In this document: one piece after another, positions 12,417 through 23,527 of the stretch
Layout: the number at the start of each line of letters is the position of its first letter
Position numbering within the stretch: the first letter of the stretch is position 1
Assembly: GCA_010093705.1 (NCBI GenBank)
Contig: MU006093.1
Coordinates: 615,557 to 666,047, forward strand
Source: Patellaria atrata CBS 101060
Lineage: Eukaryota
DNA length: 50,491 bases
Direction of reading: 5' to 3'
The notes under the pieces: model-generated
Databases searched by the model: none
What the model was told of the DNA's origin: nothing
What the model saw: the letters and a program-made list of their open reading frames with translations, nothing else
Program-made: the position numbers and the translations under genes

Positions 12417-12592
12417 TGTCAGGGCTCGAACAAGTACTTAACAGATAGTGTTAGAGTTGAACGAGAATTTTACTACGGAGATTGCTACGATCGGGTTTGT
12501 GGTTTTGACTAATTGCCAAGACACTAGCCATCACAGCCACGAGATGAGAGGCTGTGCTGATACATGTCACGTGATAACTGAGAGCCGTGACA
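12417..12592. repeat. Solo LTR-like element
   Basis: Termini TGTCAGGGCTC...GAGCCGTGACA (TG..CA with a short inverted repeat); no TSD. Confidence 0.5.
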
Positions 12593-12963
12593 CTTTATAA
12601 AATTAGCGTTGGCAGAATACTACTTGGTATACACAGTAAGTTTCGGATCAGTCCAGTGGTGTGGGGGCGGACTGTCCGGAACAAGCCCGGAAAACCCGAT
12701 CGTAAGCGCAATACCGGCGGGTGAGTGGAGGCTGATGAGGTCAAAACATCAGTATTAAGGTATCCCTAGCGAAGCCTACGTTTGTTTCAAGTTCGAGTTC
12801 AAGGGGAAATGGGAGTCGAGAATAATGCGTAGTGGCGACTCTTCCCAGTTCTCAGCGTACAGGTGAGGTGCAGGCAGAGTGATGTTGCGAAAACCAATCA
12901 CCACCCGATGGTGCGCCAAGACTTGGTACAGCCTTTCTCCTTTCTCTTGCTTGAATAGAACTA

Positions 12964-14825
12964 ACGTGGTCCACAAGCGAGCGGCGTATATAAGTGAGCG
13001 GCGCACTTTTCCACTCCACCATAACCTTCAAACTTAATTACATAGCTACAACCCGAGAAGATTAACTGCATTCAATTGAACTCTCTTCTTCAGACATTTC
13101 TTCGTCCTCCTAACAAGTTCGTATATTATGTCCAATCTTTCCGCACCTCCTACAACGCCGTGAATGCGATAATCCTTCCTCCACTGAACCCCCTTCCTCC
13201 AACTTCCTACCCGATTGTCGCCTAACAACCTCTTTCTAGGCAATCAATTCTTGTGCATCTTATACACTAAGTGCTCCTCCTGCTCGCACACGTGTTTTTT
13301 TGGCCCGTCGTCGCTTCGCAAGTGCCTTATTAGCCTGTCGAAGCGTTCGGACCTCGTCGCGTAGAAGTGTCATTTCATGAGCAATAAGCTCCGTACCCTT
13401 TGCTAACTACTTAACAGTAGAGAAAATAGTACTTGGAGAACTTCCTTGGTATCGGGCTATCCGATCCTTAACATGCTCAGACTGCGAAACAGCTTCTTTG
13501 GGGTTATTTGGTGTCTGAGAGACCCATGGGTCGGCAGCGGGGGGAAGGGCTCCGGCCGGTGTTGGCGTCCGTAGCTTCATATCAAGCTTTGAAATGACAG
13601 CTTAAGGGTCGTGAGGGACTAGGCCAGCGCCGAAGAAGCCCGCTTGGATATTTCCAATCGTCATAGTGTTGACGTGGGCGTCTTTTAACGCGATGAAGAA
13701 CTCGGTTTTGGTGATATAGTTAATATGGACTTTGATGAAGGCTTCGAGTTCCCGGCCGTACATCCGCTTCAGCACGCTGAAACATCCAACATCTAAAGGT
13801 TGGGTGAGGTGCGAAGAATGTGCAGGCAGGCAAACGGTGATAATGTTCTTTTCTTTGCAGAATTCCTCGAACTGAGCCGACAGATGGCTTGCATGACCGT
13901 CAAGAACAATCATCCGATAGACACCTTTCCGCCGGGCATCTATATGCTGGTGGAAATGCTGAATCCAGTCCATAGCCGTCTCTTTATCCGTCCAGCCGTT
14001 TGGCGAGGTCTTGATGACCCAGGAAGGCGGGAGACCGCATTCGGTGTACCAGGATGCGAGGTGGTTGACGCCTTGCACAACCAAGAAAGGAAGCAGCACA
14101 AAACCGTCGCTGCTCACACACTCGATTGCCGTGGCCCATTCGCGATTGCCAGGTTGAAGTTGTTTGCCTCTACCACGCCTGTCGGCACGCGTGACAACCA
14201 TGCCGCTGCAGATAACGCCCATCATGAAGCCTGTTTCGTCGAAGTTGTAAAGATCGGCATCTTAGATCGCGTATTTCGCGCGCATGTTAGCTACCAGACG
14301 GAACCACGCGTTTATCGCGTCCGGATCTTCGCAAAGAGCTCTCTAGAAGTCGTAGGCACGAGAAAAACGCTTTTTCAGCTCTGGTCGTCGCTTGACGAAG
14401 TTCTCCGCCCAATGCTTCCTGACGCGTCCCGCGACGCGCTCCGCGAGGAGCAGATTGGCCATCTCTTCCACATTAGCCAGCCGGGACGGAAACCCTCGCG
14501 CATCTAGGTCTAGAATATATTGGACGACCACCTCTTCTTCGGTTTCTGTCAACTTTTGAGAATTAGGGCGATAGTCGCGCTTGGGAGTTCGGCCGTTTAT
14601 TCTCGCGCGGAGGGTAGTTTCGGAGACGTTGTAGATCGCTGCGGCTTTCCGACGGCTGAGTTTTTTGTTGCGTTCGAGAGCTTGGATGGCAAGGACAATT
14701 TGACTTTCGTTTGACTGCGTAGGCATTGTTGGTTGTGGAGAAATGCGTTATTATAGAAGAAAAAGTTATGATACGTGGAAAAGTGCGCCGCTCGCTTGTA
14801 TACGCCGCTCGCTTATGGACCACGT
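12964..14825 (-). mobile_element. Full-length Fot1/pogo-family (Tc1/mariner) DNA transposon, 1862 bp
   Basis: 51-bp TIRs (12964-13014 and 14775-14825) beginning ACGTGGTCCA, with three C/T mismatches; TA target duplication at 12962-63 and 14826-27. Confidence 0.97.
13062..14726 (-). pseudogene. DDE transposase (HTH_psq / CENP-B HTH / DDE_1, C-terminal CCHC) inactivated by RIP-type stops
   Basis: Single 555-codon frame with NFDETGF, VLDGHASH, HLTQPLDVGCF and CRRCGKIGHNIRTC; about seven in-frame TAG/TAA stops (e.g. 14343, 14262, 13602). Confidence 0.95.
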
Positions 14826-15325
14826 TACGGTTGTTCATTAATTTACCTTAGTACCTCTTGTACCATTGACAATGGTTAGTATATGACCATTACATTTAGG
14901 TTCTTTACTTTGTTACAATAGCCAGTTCAAGGTCACTGTACTGTACTGTACGCTCGCTGTACGGTATATAATATGGTATATTACCACAATGCTCGACCTC
15001 AACGCTTGCCCGGAGAATCTCAAAATCATAACCGTACAGGCAAGTTAAAAAGACTTCAAAGGAATGACACTGATTGCCACGCTCTTCACCATAGGATACA
15101 AGTAAGAGATGGATTCCATGGTCAAGTGGCAGCCGGGTATCTCTCTTTTGATTGTATACCTCGAAATTCTATAGTCCGTATCACAGGAGACATGAAAGAG
15201 ACACCGAACAACAAAAGCAAGAATTAGCAACTCAATAAGATAAACCTTTGCTCAGCTGGAAAGAAGGCTCTTTGCAATGAGAAGAGAACGGACACATTCA
15301 ACCACAGAGTTAGGATACTCCAACC

Positions 15326-15560
15326 TCAATGCACCCCTGGATATCCTTGAGCCTGGACACAACGATTATAGTCTGCGGTGCAGACGAAATCGAGTCCACA
15401 TCTCGGATTCCCGCAAAGATTTCCCGTACCGCCGGTGCTATACCCTCCACTTGGTTGAGCCATATAGATGCTTCCGCCATAATTGTTATAGCCGGAATTG
15501 CTTGCGATGTAACCTCCTTGATCGTACGGGTAATTATCTGCACCATTCTCTTCATGATGG

Positions 15561-15598
<38 letters not shown>

Positions 15599-16057
15599 GG
15601 GCTCTTCCCCTTCCTCTTCTTCATCATCATCCCCATGATGATGGTGGTGATGCTTCTTATGATGAGAATGGTGGCTCTCCTCATTATCAGAGTCCGCTCC
15701 ATCGTCTTCATTTTTGTTCTTGTGGTGGGAATGAGAATTAGACTCTCCGTCGGAATCATCTACCTTGTTGGTGTTATGCTTCTGAGTCTTCTTTCCGGGG
15801 GTTACATCAGAACTTTTCTTCTTTGAGTGTTTGTCATCCGAGTTCTTTGAAGTGATCTTCTTGGGATGTTTGTCATCATTTGTATGATTTGTGCCTTTAT
15901 CGTTGGTTTTGTTTCCGGATTTCTTGTTTGTTTTAGGTGGACTTGCTCCTCCATACTCAATTGCATTCAACGGATCAGCGTAATCATATGGCTCCGGTCC
16001 GGTGTAGGTAGGTGCGGGAGTGATATAGGCATTGTACAGGTCATATCCGTTACCCAT
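15326..16057 (-). CDS. Orphan His-rich low-complexity protein with a C-terminal 4-Cys motif
   Basis: About 243-aa frame from ATG 16057; Lys-rich, then His/acidic blocks (H6 and H15), a G/Y/N-rich segment and CGNPRCGLDFVCTADYNRC. Confidence 0.6.
15554..15598. repeat. (ATG/CAT)n microsatellite encoding His15
   Basis: 15 trinucleotide units, one of them a variant. Confidence 0.95.
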
Positions 16058-17338
16058 TCTAAAAGGATGAATAAACTGACAAGATAAACGAAGTGAAGAA
16101 GATGAGAAGTATGATGTATACAAACTAATCACGCTAGAAAATCTGAAGATGAACTAATTGAGTTCTATAGCAACAAAAACCTTGGTATTACACTGGGTGA
16201 GTTAGAAGGCTTTATATCAACATTTTCCCCAGTTTTCTCACACCTCTCATCAGTTCATTGCACCTACGTTTCTGACAGGAATGTTCGTGGCTGTACTATA
16301 CCGTTCTGTTATTGTTCGATATCTCAGCTACTGGGGGCGATTCTACTATCAGTTACTCACTCAGACTGGCCCGCAACGAGGTCCAACGAGTGTGATACCA
16401 TGTTCTCTGGGACTGACCGTCTAAAACTTCAAGGGTGAGTATAGAACCTCCGAATGAAAAACGGTTGAGTAAGAGTAGGAACAATTTTGGCCCGCCCAAG
16501 AAACGACCCGCACAGATAGTGGCTGGCTGACGAAGTACATCTTTTGTGCTGAACACAGTAATGATTGGCGATGTATTATATCCGCATGGGCGGTTATTCC
16601 GAATTTGGCGAGCGATTATATTCTCACGTTGCTTCAATAAAGCAAGATTTGGCGAGGAAGATCGACCTTGCAGCTTTCCACATAACGAATCACCCCTCCT
16701 TTATGCTCAACCTCCAGCACACGAAACTTAGCAATGCAGCCGTCTCGTGGTTTATTCTGTCTATATAAGGGTAAGAGGTGCACCTATAGCGAACATTTCT
16801 AGCTGATGGTACCATATATTAGCTCTATTCGGAACAATTCCCGAACATTCACAACTCAGCCGCACCTCCGCCCTTCAGGGCAGTAGATGGCATGAAGATT
16901 CTTATATTAATTCCGACAAGAGATTGATACATCCTTATACAATTCCATTAATCCCCGCAAGCCGGGCATTCCCAACGCGCATCTGCGAACAGCTGAAACA
17001 CCCCTCAATCCCGGATCCCATTGACGCCATCAGTTCAATATTTCTTTTCTAGCGGCCGTCTCTACGAATTGCCGTGTGGACCAAGAGCATAGCCTTCTCT
17101 TTGTGAACTCCGCTTTGGTGGATTGAATGTTCTCAATTACCCAGGTCAACAGCACAGTTCCAATTATCAAGTTTGGTTTTGTTTCACAACGACCTGGTCT
17201 CACTCTTTTAGAAACACCTGCACTTAGCATTTAGATACTTCCTTCAATATCGCCTTCCATCTTGTCGGACCTCTCGGCCGTAGAAGGCTACATAAATTAG
17301 GGGCTTGTGTTCGAAACTTGGCTGCTCTTCTAGTCCAA

Positions 17339-19084
17339 ATGGATATCTATGGCACAGCGGTAACCGCCGTTGACCAAGTCATTAAAGTGACCATCTTTAT
17401 CAAAGGCGTGATTGATGATATAGAAGCATTCGAGGATGACCGCCAAAGTCTCCATTTGAAACTCAACCTTCAACTCACCACGTTGGAGTTTTTCCGCCGA
17501 AGATTCCTTGATAAAGAACATGGACTCATGCTCCCCGGATATCTTCCTGAATGGGTAATTGACACCATATGCGAACTGCTTCTGAAAATGAGCGAGGTAC
17601 TCGCAGGGTACCAACTACTTATGCACAAGTACGATGTGCTAGATGACCACAAAGAACCTACCGAGTCCCAAAATGAGACCACTTCCGAAAGAGAGAAATG
17701 GAAACAGTCATTTCTGGAGCGGGCGAAGTCAAAACTGAAAACACTGAAACTCAAAGGTTATGACTGGGCGATCTTTGATAAGAAACATTTTCTCGGCGTT
17801 CTAGATGAGTATAAGGGACACACTGATAGTCTAAGGGATATTATGCAGCATTTCTCGCAGGAAGCTGTCTATTCGCTCATGGCAAATAAACACACGCCAA
17901 CCACGGATACTGTTAGTCTGGAAGGTACTGGCTTAGGACCAGTCTTTAAACGACAAAAGCTTATTACGGCGCATGCACCGGAGGACTTCCAGGAGCTTGA
18001 AGGGGAGATAAAGGAGGATGGAGTACCATCGAATCGATTCCAATTAGCTCATTGGACGCACGAAAATGGAGAGCAGCAACTAACGCAAACTGTGGTTGTG
18101 GAGTATCATGAATATGATCGTCGGTTACGGCGGGATGATCTGGATTCTGACGAGATTGCTGAGCTGAAAGCCCCCATGAAGAACTTAGCCTGGCTTTTAC
18201 AGAATTCTACCTTCACTGAAGGGGACGAAGATCCCGATCAGTCAGAGCAGCCTACGATCTTCTCTCTCCAGTGTTTAGGATATAAGGACCAGGTGGACAA
18301 TCATCGAGCCGTATTCATTTACAGATTGCCTCTCCGTGATCAATTCACAAGCGGGACAGATGCCAGAGAAAGTCTTGTTACATTACATGACTGGATTAAC
18401 CGGGTTGACAGCAAGACTAAACGGTCTCTCAAGCCCTCCCTTGGTGATAGATTTTCCATTGCTCACTCTCTAGCGCTAACGGTTTTGAATGTCCACGGAT
18501 CTCTGTGGGTCCATAAAAATATCTGGAGTAGGGGTATTCTACTTTTTCAAAAGGACAAGAAGGGCATCTATACCTTGAACATGAATGGTAAAACGACTGT
18601 CTCCGAACCTATCGAATCAAGAAACGCGACAAGCCCACGAATGCTTGCTTTCCTTGCTGATTGGGGATACGCCAGACCCTTTGAGGGAGCCACAGAGATG
18701 AGGAGCGACTTCGACATCGAACCTAATCTCTACCGACATCCTGAACGACAAGGTGTACCAACAAGACAATTTGCTCGTCGACATGACATCTATGCTTTAG
18801 GAGTGGTTCTACTAGAAATCGGTCTATGGCATACAGTCTCTCAGATATTTGCTAGCAAGGTCAAGGCTGCACAACAAATCGGAAACCTGCCAAAACCGAA
18901 GGAAGTTCTCGCAACTTTGATTTCACTTGCACAAGGGGAATTGCCTAAGGAGATGGGAGCTGGGTATTCAGCTGCGGTTCTTGCTTGCTTGAAGGGAGAT
19001 TTTCGCAAGGCTAGTGACATGGAACTGTCATTGGACTTTCGGAAAAAGGTTATTGATGTGACTACTTTGGGAATGAAACTGTAG
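17339..19084 (+). CDS. HeLo (prion-inhibition) domain plus C-terminal pseudokinase
   Basis: Amphipathic N-terminal helix and WAIFDKKHF..L...TDSL HeLo-type motif; kinase-like C-lobe LADWGYARP, YRHPERQ, HDIYALGVVLLEIGLW; catalytic loop HKNIWSRG lacks the HRD Asp and the conserved Asn; intronless, 581 aa. Confidence 0.85.
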   Translation: MDIYGTAVTAVDQVIKVTIFIKGVIDDIEAFEDDRQSLHLKLNLQLTTLEFFRRRFLDKEHGLMLPGYLPEWVIDTICELLLKMSEVLAGYQLLMHKYDVLDDHKEPTESQNETTSEREKWKQSFLERAKSKLKTLKLKGYDWAIFDKKHFLGVLDEYKGHTDSLRDIMQHFSQEAVYSLMANKHTPTTDTVSLEGTGLGPVFKRQKLITAHAPEDFQELEGEIKEDGVPSNRFQLAHWTHENGEQQLTQTVVVEYHEYDRRLRRDDLDSDEIAELKAPMKNLAWLLQNSTFTEGDEDPDQSEQPTIFSLQCLGYKDQVDNHRAVFIYRLPLRDQFTSGTDARESLVTLHDWINRVDSKTKRSLKPSLGDRFSIAHSLALTVLNVHGSLWVHKNIWSRGILLFQKDKKGIYTLNMNGKTTVSEPIESRNATSPRMLAFLADWGYARPFEGATEMRSDFDIEPNLYRHPERQGVPTRQFARRHDIYALGVVLLEIGLWHTVSQIFASKVKAAQQIGNLPKPKEVLATLISLAQGELPKEMGAGYSAAVLACLKGDFRKASDMELSLDFRKKVIDVTTLGMKL

Positions 19085-19798
19085 ATTAACCATCTATAAT
19101 CTCATGGGGAATTTGCCTCATCTTTCACAGTCCTTTGTCCAATACGTATAAAGACAATTATGCAGTCGCTCCTAAAAGTGCTCACTAACCTTCTTGACTA
19201 CCCTATACTATAAGGATGATGCTTCGTACGGTTTCCTTCGCCTTATTCATTCGTAGACAGACACGATAGTCGATAATTTTTATCTTCTCATATTCTTTTG
19301 TGCTACGAAAATTTCTTCACAAAATCATATACCTCCATCATCTTATATGACGCTCAAAATCGTGCAAGCAACAAGCAGTAGCGCTTTAGGTCTCAGCTGA
19401 ACTTGTAGCTCTACAACTGAAGCTCCCTTGCCCTTGGCTGCATCTCGCTATCTTGACCGGTCAGATGCGTGTTTTCACATCCGGAGAGCCCGCATAATGC
19501 AGGGCCGAAAGCGGAATGAGATCCGAGGCAAGAATTTAAAGAGACCTGTAACTCCGCCACAGCAACACATTCTGGGCATCCACAAACAACATTAGCCGTA
19601 TCTGAGAGCTGATGGTTCTCCTCACTACTTCTTGCCATTCTTCCCCAGACTCGATTCGGCGAACCGAGTTGTTAAGTTGGGAACTTAATTGACACGATTG
19701 AAAACAAAGGGTTTATTGTTTTTGCTGGGACAGTCAGGACTGTATCCATCCTACCAAACACCATAGTCCTTTGTCATCTCTGCCAACACTCCGCAGGA

Positions 19799-22114
19799 AT
19801 GTCTTTCTCCTCAGACTTGCTCGACGTGGAGGGCATAAGTACTTTATCTATTGATTATGGCTTGTCTCATGGGTTAATTTCTTACATGGAAGGTGAGTAT
19901 GTAGAGTATTCTGCCGCTACGACTACCAAGGGAAGCATAAAACCTGCAGAGGACTCTCCATATAACTTTCTTTCTCTTTTAGCAACTGCTCAAAAGAAGA
20001 AGATTGATTTCCTCCCTATCACATGGGATGGGTCACTCAATGAAAGTGGCGGGCAGGCCAGTATCAGCCAGTCATTTCTGAGCGAGAAGTTGAGTTATGT
20101 CTTCAAGCGCATTCGAAGAGACTTTCGATTCCCTGCTGAAGAGATCATTGCCCTTAGAGCTATAATATCGGAGATCGTTATTCTAGCCCATCCAGAAATT
20201 AGAGGTCATCCAAATATCGTTCGGTTGGTTGGAATATGTTGGGATATAAGTTCTAGAAATAAGTCGATCTGGCCAGTCCTAGTATTTCAAAAGGCCAAAT
20301 ATGGAGACCTGAAGGCGTTCGTAGAATCAACGCAAGGAAAGCGTCTTAGCTTTGAAGAGCGGTTGAAATTTTGCAAGGAAATTGCAGCAGCAATTACACT
20401 TATGCATTCAAAAGGTATGCCTGTGAACCTGCTGAGCTGCACCTTTTATTGATTGGATCTCTATCTCCAGACATTGTTCATGGTGATGTCAAGCCGCAGA
20501 ATGTGTTGGTCTTTGCAGAGGAAGATGGAAACTACTGTGCGAAGGTAACCGACTTTGGATATTCAACACTTCATGCGAGTAAATCGACCGACGACCGGGA
20601 GATAAATCTGCCAATTTCACGGCCATGGAATGCCCCCGAAACTGAAGAAGGTTCCTGGGATACCGCATTTTCACTCGAGGAAGCGAAGCTAACGGACGTT
20701 TACTCGTTTGGTTTACTCTGCATGTGGCTCTTGTTCCACGGGCCGTTACGAAATATGCAACAAATTGCTCTGTTGAGGGAAAAGGAAGAACTTACCGGCT
20801 TTATTGATGATAATGTATCCCAAGTAGCGGACCTGAGTGACGAACAGAAGTCCAGTCTTCTAGCTTTCTTCCATTCTACACTTGAAAGAGATCCTAAACA
20901 TCGGTCATTAGACTTAAAGGACGCAATGAAAGGGTTTGCTTCATTTATGTGAGTCAAGTTAAACAACTAATTTTTTTTGCTAAGGAACGTAAGCTGATTA
21001 ATCAGTGTCCCACCACTCGAAAATGATGGGTTTAGTACGTATGAGATGTACATGCCATATCTCGGTGTGCTCCCGCACCATAAAGACTTCGACCACATGA
21101 AAGCTCAAGAAGAACACTATGGGGATATGTGGGATAAGGGTCCTCAGGCTGACAGCGGCTGGGGTGGTTATTACGCAATGTATTTCTCTCCACAAGTACT
21201 ACCTAGGGAGGACACGATTGCCAAATATTTTCAGGTACTAAAATGCATCATGTCCTAGCTCAGTGGGAGTTTTATAACTAATACTCTAGCAGGTTGCCAG
21301 AAGCTATAATCAATTGATGCGGGGGGACTTTCGGCTGTGGAATTATATATTCTGTCTTCTTAAAACAAAGGCAGAGTCATCTTCAGATAAGTTCTTCGCG
21401 TTCCAAGTAGCCTTCTGTAACCGAGTCGGGTTTGGCACGCCAATTAATGGGTCTAAAGCTTTGGAATGGCTGAACCGCAGTGGTAGGGGAGTGGAAGATC
21501 TAGAAAAAGAGGTCGAGTTAGTGAAGACAGATCTGAATCCCATGTTGTATAAAAACCTCGAGACAGAGGTCAAACCCATTACTTGGGTTGAGTATTATCA
21601 ACTTTCGGAAAAGCTTCCTGAGGTGCAGGAAGTGTACGAAACTGCAGCGAGAATCGCAGGAGAGACGTTCGGTCCTACGCATCCGACGTCTGTGTATCTG
21701 ACCAATGTTACGATTTCCATTCTGCTCGGCAAGGGTGAGTATCAGGAAGCGTTTTCGAATGCTGATAGGCTCCAGAAATTGTGCGATGTGCTATTAGGAC
21801 CGGAAGATCGGAATACAGTAGCGGTATCGTCATATAAGGATACAGCGGCTGAGCATCTTGGGCTTTCGGAGGTTGGGACTTCTATATCAGAGGCCGCAGC
21901 AGAGGAGGACAAACCAGAGGCTTCAACTGCAGTTGCTCCCTCAAACGACGAAATCAACGAAGGGTGGTCAGTAGTATCGCCCTTTGGTTTCATTAGAGCG
22001 TTTAATATTCTGACTTGAGAAAGGTCGCGGGCTTACTACGGGTTTCCTCCTAAAAAGCAATCGTCTAAGTCCAGCACTCCATCTTCTGGGTACGGGTATT
22101 ATGGATATATGTAG
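19799..22114 (+). CDS. Ser/Thr protein kinase plus SEL1-like repeat plus kinesin-light-chain-type TPRs
   Basis: VFKR lysine, HPNIVRL, HGDVKPQN, DFG, WNAPE and DVYSFG; SEL1-like AFQVAFC..VGFGT....KALEW; TPR-like FGPTHPT and LGPEDRNT; predicted introns 20415-20470, 20949-21005, 21235-21292 and 21967-22023. Confidence 0.85.
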
Positions 22115-22443
22115 GTTTAACCTCACCGAAGCTCCCCTGAACACATCGTATAGAGAGATTATAATATTTCATGTCTACGAAATCTCTCGGCCGTCGGTAG
22201 TGAGGGATTGCCAGTGGTATATGATGAAATAGATTTGAGTATTCAAGCATTATAATACCACGCCTAGCATTGATACTTAACGGTCTAACGCAGACCCTGT
22301 CATATGTATTCAAAGACCTTGAATGTAAGTGAGAAATACTTAAGCAAGTTATATCGACACATACATTTGACCCCTTGAAAGTTCATTTCAGCTGAGAACA
22401 GGGGTGCAGAACCCTTAATACCTTCGTGTCTGTTCTAACCAAG

Positions 22444-22616
22444 TGTCACGGGTTAGACCTGATAGGTATAAGTGCCTTGGATGATCCAGCGGCTTAGTCA
22501 TACTGTGCTTTAGTAGAACAGCATATGCTATCTCAACACTTTCTTTCCTTAAGTTTAAGCTTCATGTACATATAGCAATATACCTTTCAGCTTCCATCTG
22601 AGGTTGAGCCATGACA
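22444..22616. repeat. Solo LTR (same family as 49974-50252)
   Basis: TGTCACGGGTT...GAGCCATGACA; high identity to the copy at 49974-50252; flanks CCAAG/GGAAT do not match. Confidence 0.85.
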
Positions 22617-22773
22617 GGAATAATCCACTAATCGGTGCAGTAGCAGCGGACAACTTGGCTATCGTTAAATGTTTGGTTGAAAAGGGGGCTAACATCAACG
22701 CGGAGGACGAATAAGGGGCCACTCCACGATCATGGGTTAGTGACTTGGGTCTTCTTGATATACTCGATTATTG
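22617..22773 (+). pseudogene. Ankyrin-repeat gene remnant
   Basis: From 22619 reads NNPLIGAVAADNLAIVKCLVEKGANINAEDE*GATPRSW...GLLDILDY*; 5' part cut off exactly at the LTR end. Confidence 0.75.
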
Positions 22774-23527
22774 ACTCTATGGATGGCCTCATTGAGTAGA
22801 CTCGGCAAGAGGAAAGGTTCTTGACGTCCTACTCTTGTACCTTTGATCACTGCAGTTCAAAGGTTCCAGATGCCAGTTTTATGTACTCTTAGCGAAAAGT
22901 TGAATTTTCAAATGTGACGACAGGATTGATGTGTGTGCTAACGTTCAAGCGAATATGAAGGATATTGTACAGTAAACAGAATCCTATTATGACCTCTCTG
23001 AGTGCTGTACGAAATGGCACAGGGCACGACGGGGTCGTACACAATTGCGTCAGATACTCTGACATCGAATCAATACGGAGTATAATGCTCAAAATCTGTT
23101 CCTTCATGAGCTTGATCATGGAAACCCCCAAAACGGACGGGGAGGTTGAAATAAACTCAACTCATCCTAGTTCTAGTTTCAACGCGCCAAGCTATTGAGG
23201 CTGCGATGTTATCTCCACTATTTCATTGTTCCTAATCCTCTATACATTGGTGTACAGAGTACAGACAATAGTTGACCGTCGAACCGACAACCTCTTGTCA
23301 TTTCACCAGTTATAGGCCTAGCCAGTGTAGCTAGCTGGGAGTGTTATGAGGAGTAGGAAGACCCAGTTCTACCCAAGGTTACCCCATTTCCACTCCCCTC
23401 CTAGAGAAAACGACGTCCTCCATAAGGTCTGGTTCCGCTCTTAACTCTCATTTCCAAGTGCTTCTGGTTTCGTGGCATTTTCTTCCGGAATTACATAAGA
23501 CATCACCCATTACCGAACTCGATTTTT

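Larger units (their letters stand above)
11506..12690. mobile_element. Non-autonomous TIR DNA element (hAT/Mutator-like) with nested LTR-like insertions
   Basis: About 45-bp imperfect TIRs, CCGGGCTTGTTCCGGACAGTCC... (11506) and ...GGACTGTCCGGAACAAGCCCGG (12690); near-duplicate flanks CAAACCC/AAAACCC; AT-rich interior. Confidence 0.75.

Noticed and set aside
13800..14507. 235-aa plus-strand ORF
   Set aside because: Antisense shadow of the transposase
15277..15826. Poly-Asp, poly-Met and poly-Ile ORFs in other frames
   Set aside because: Alternative readings of the same ATG/CAT microsatellite; the His frame is the longest and most coherent
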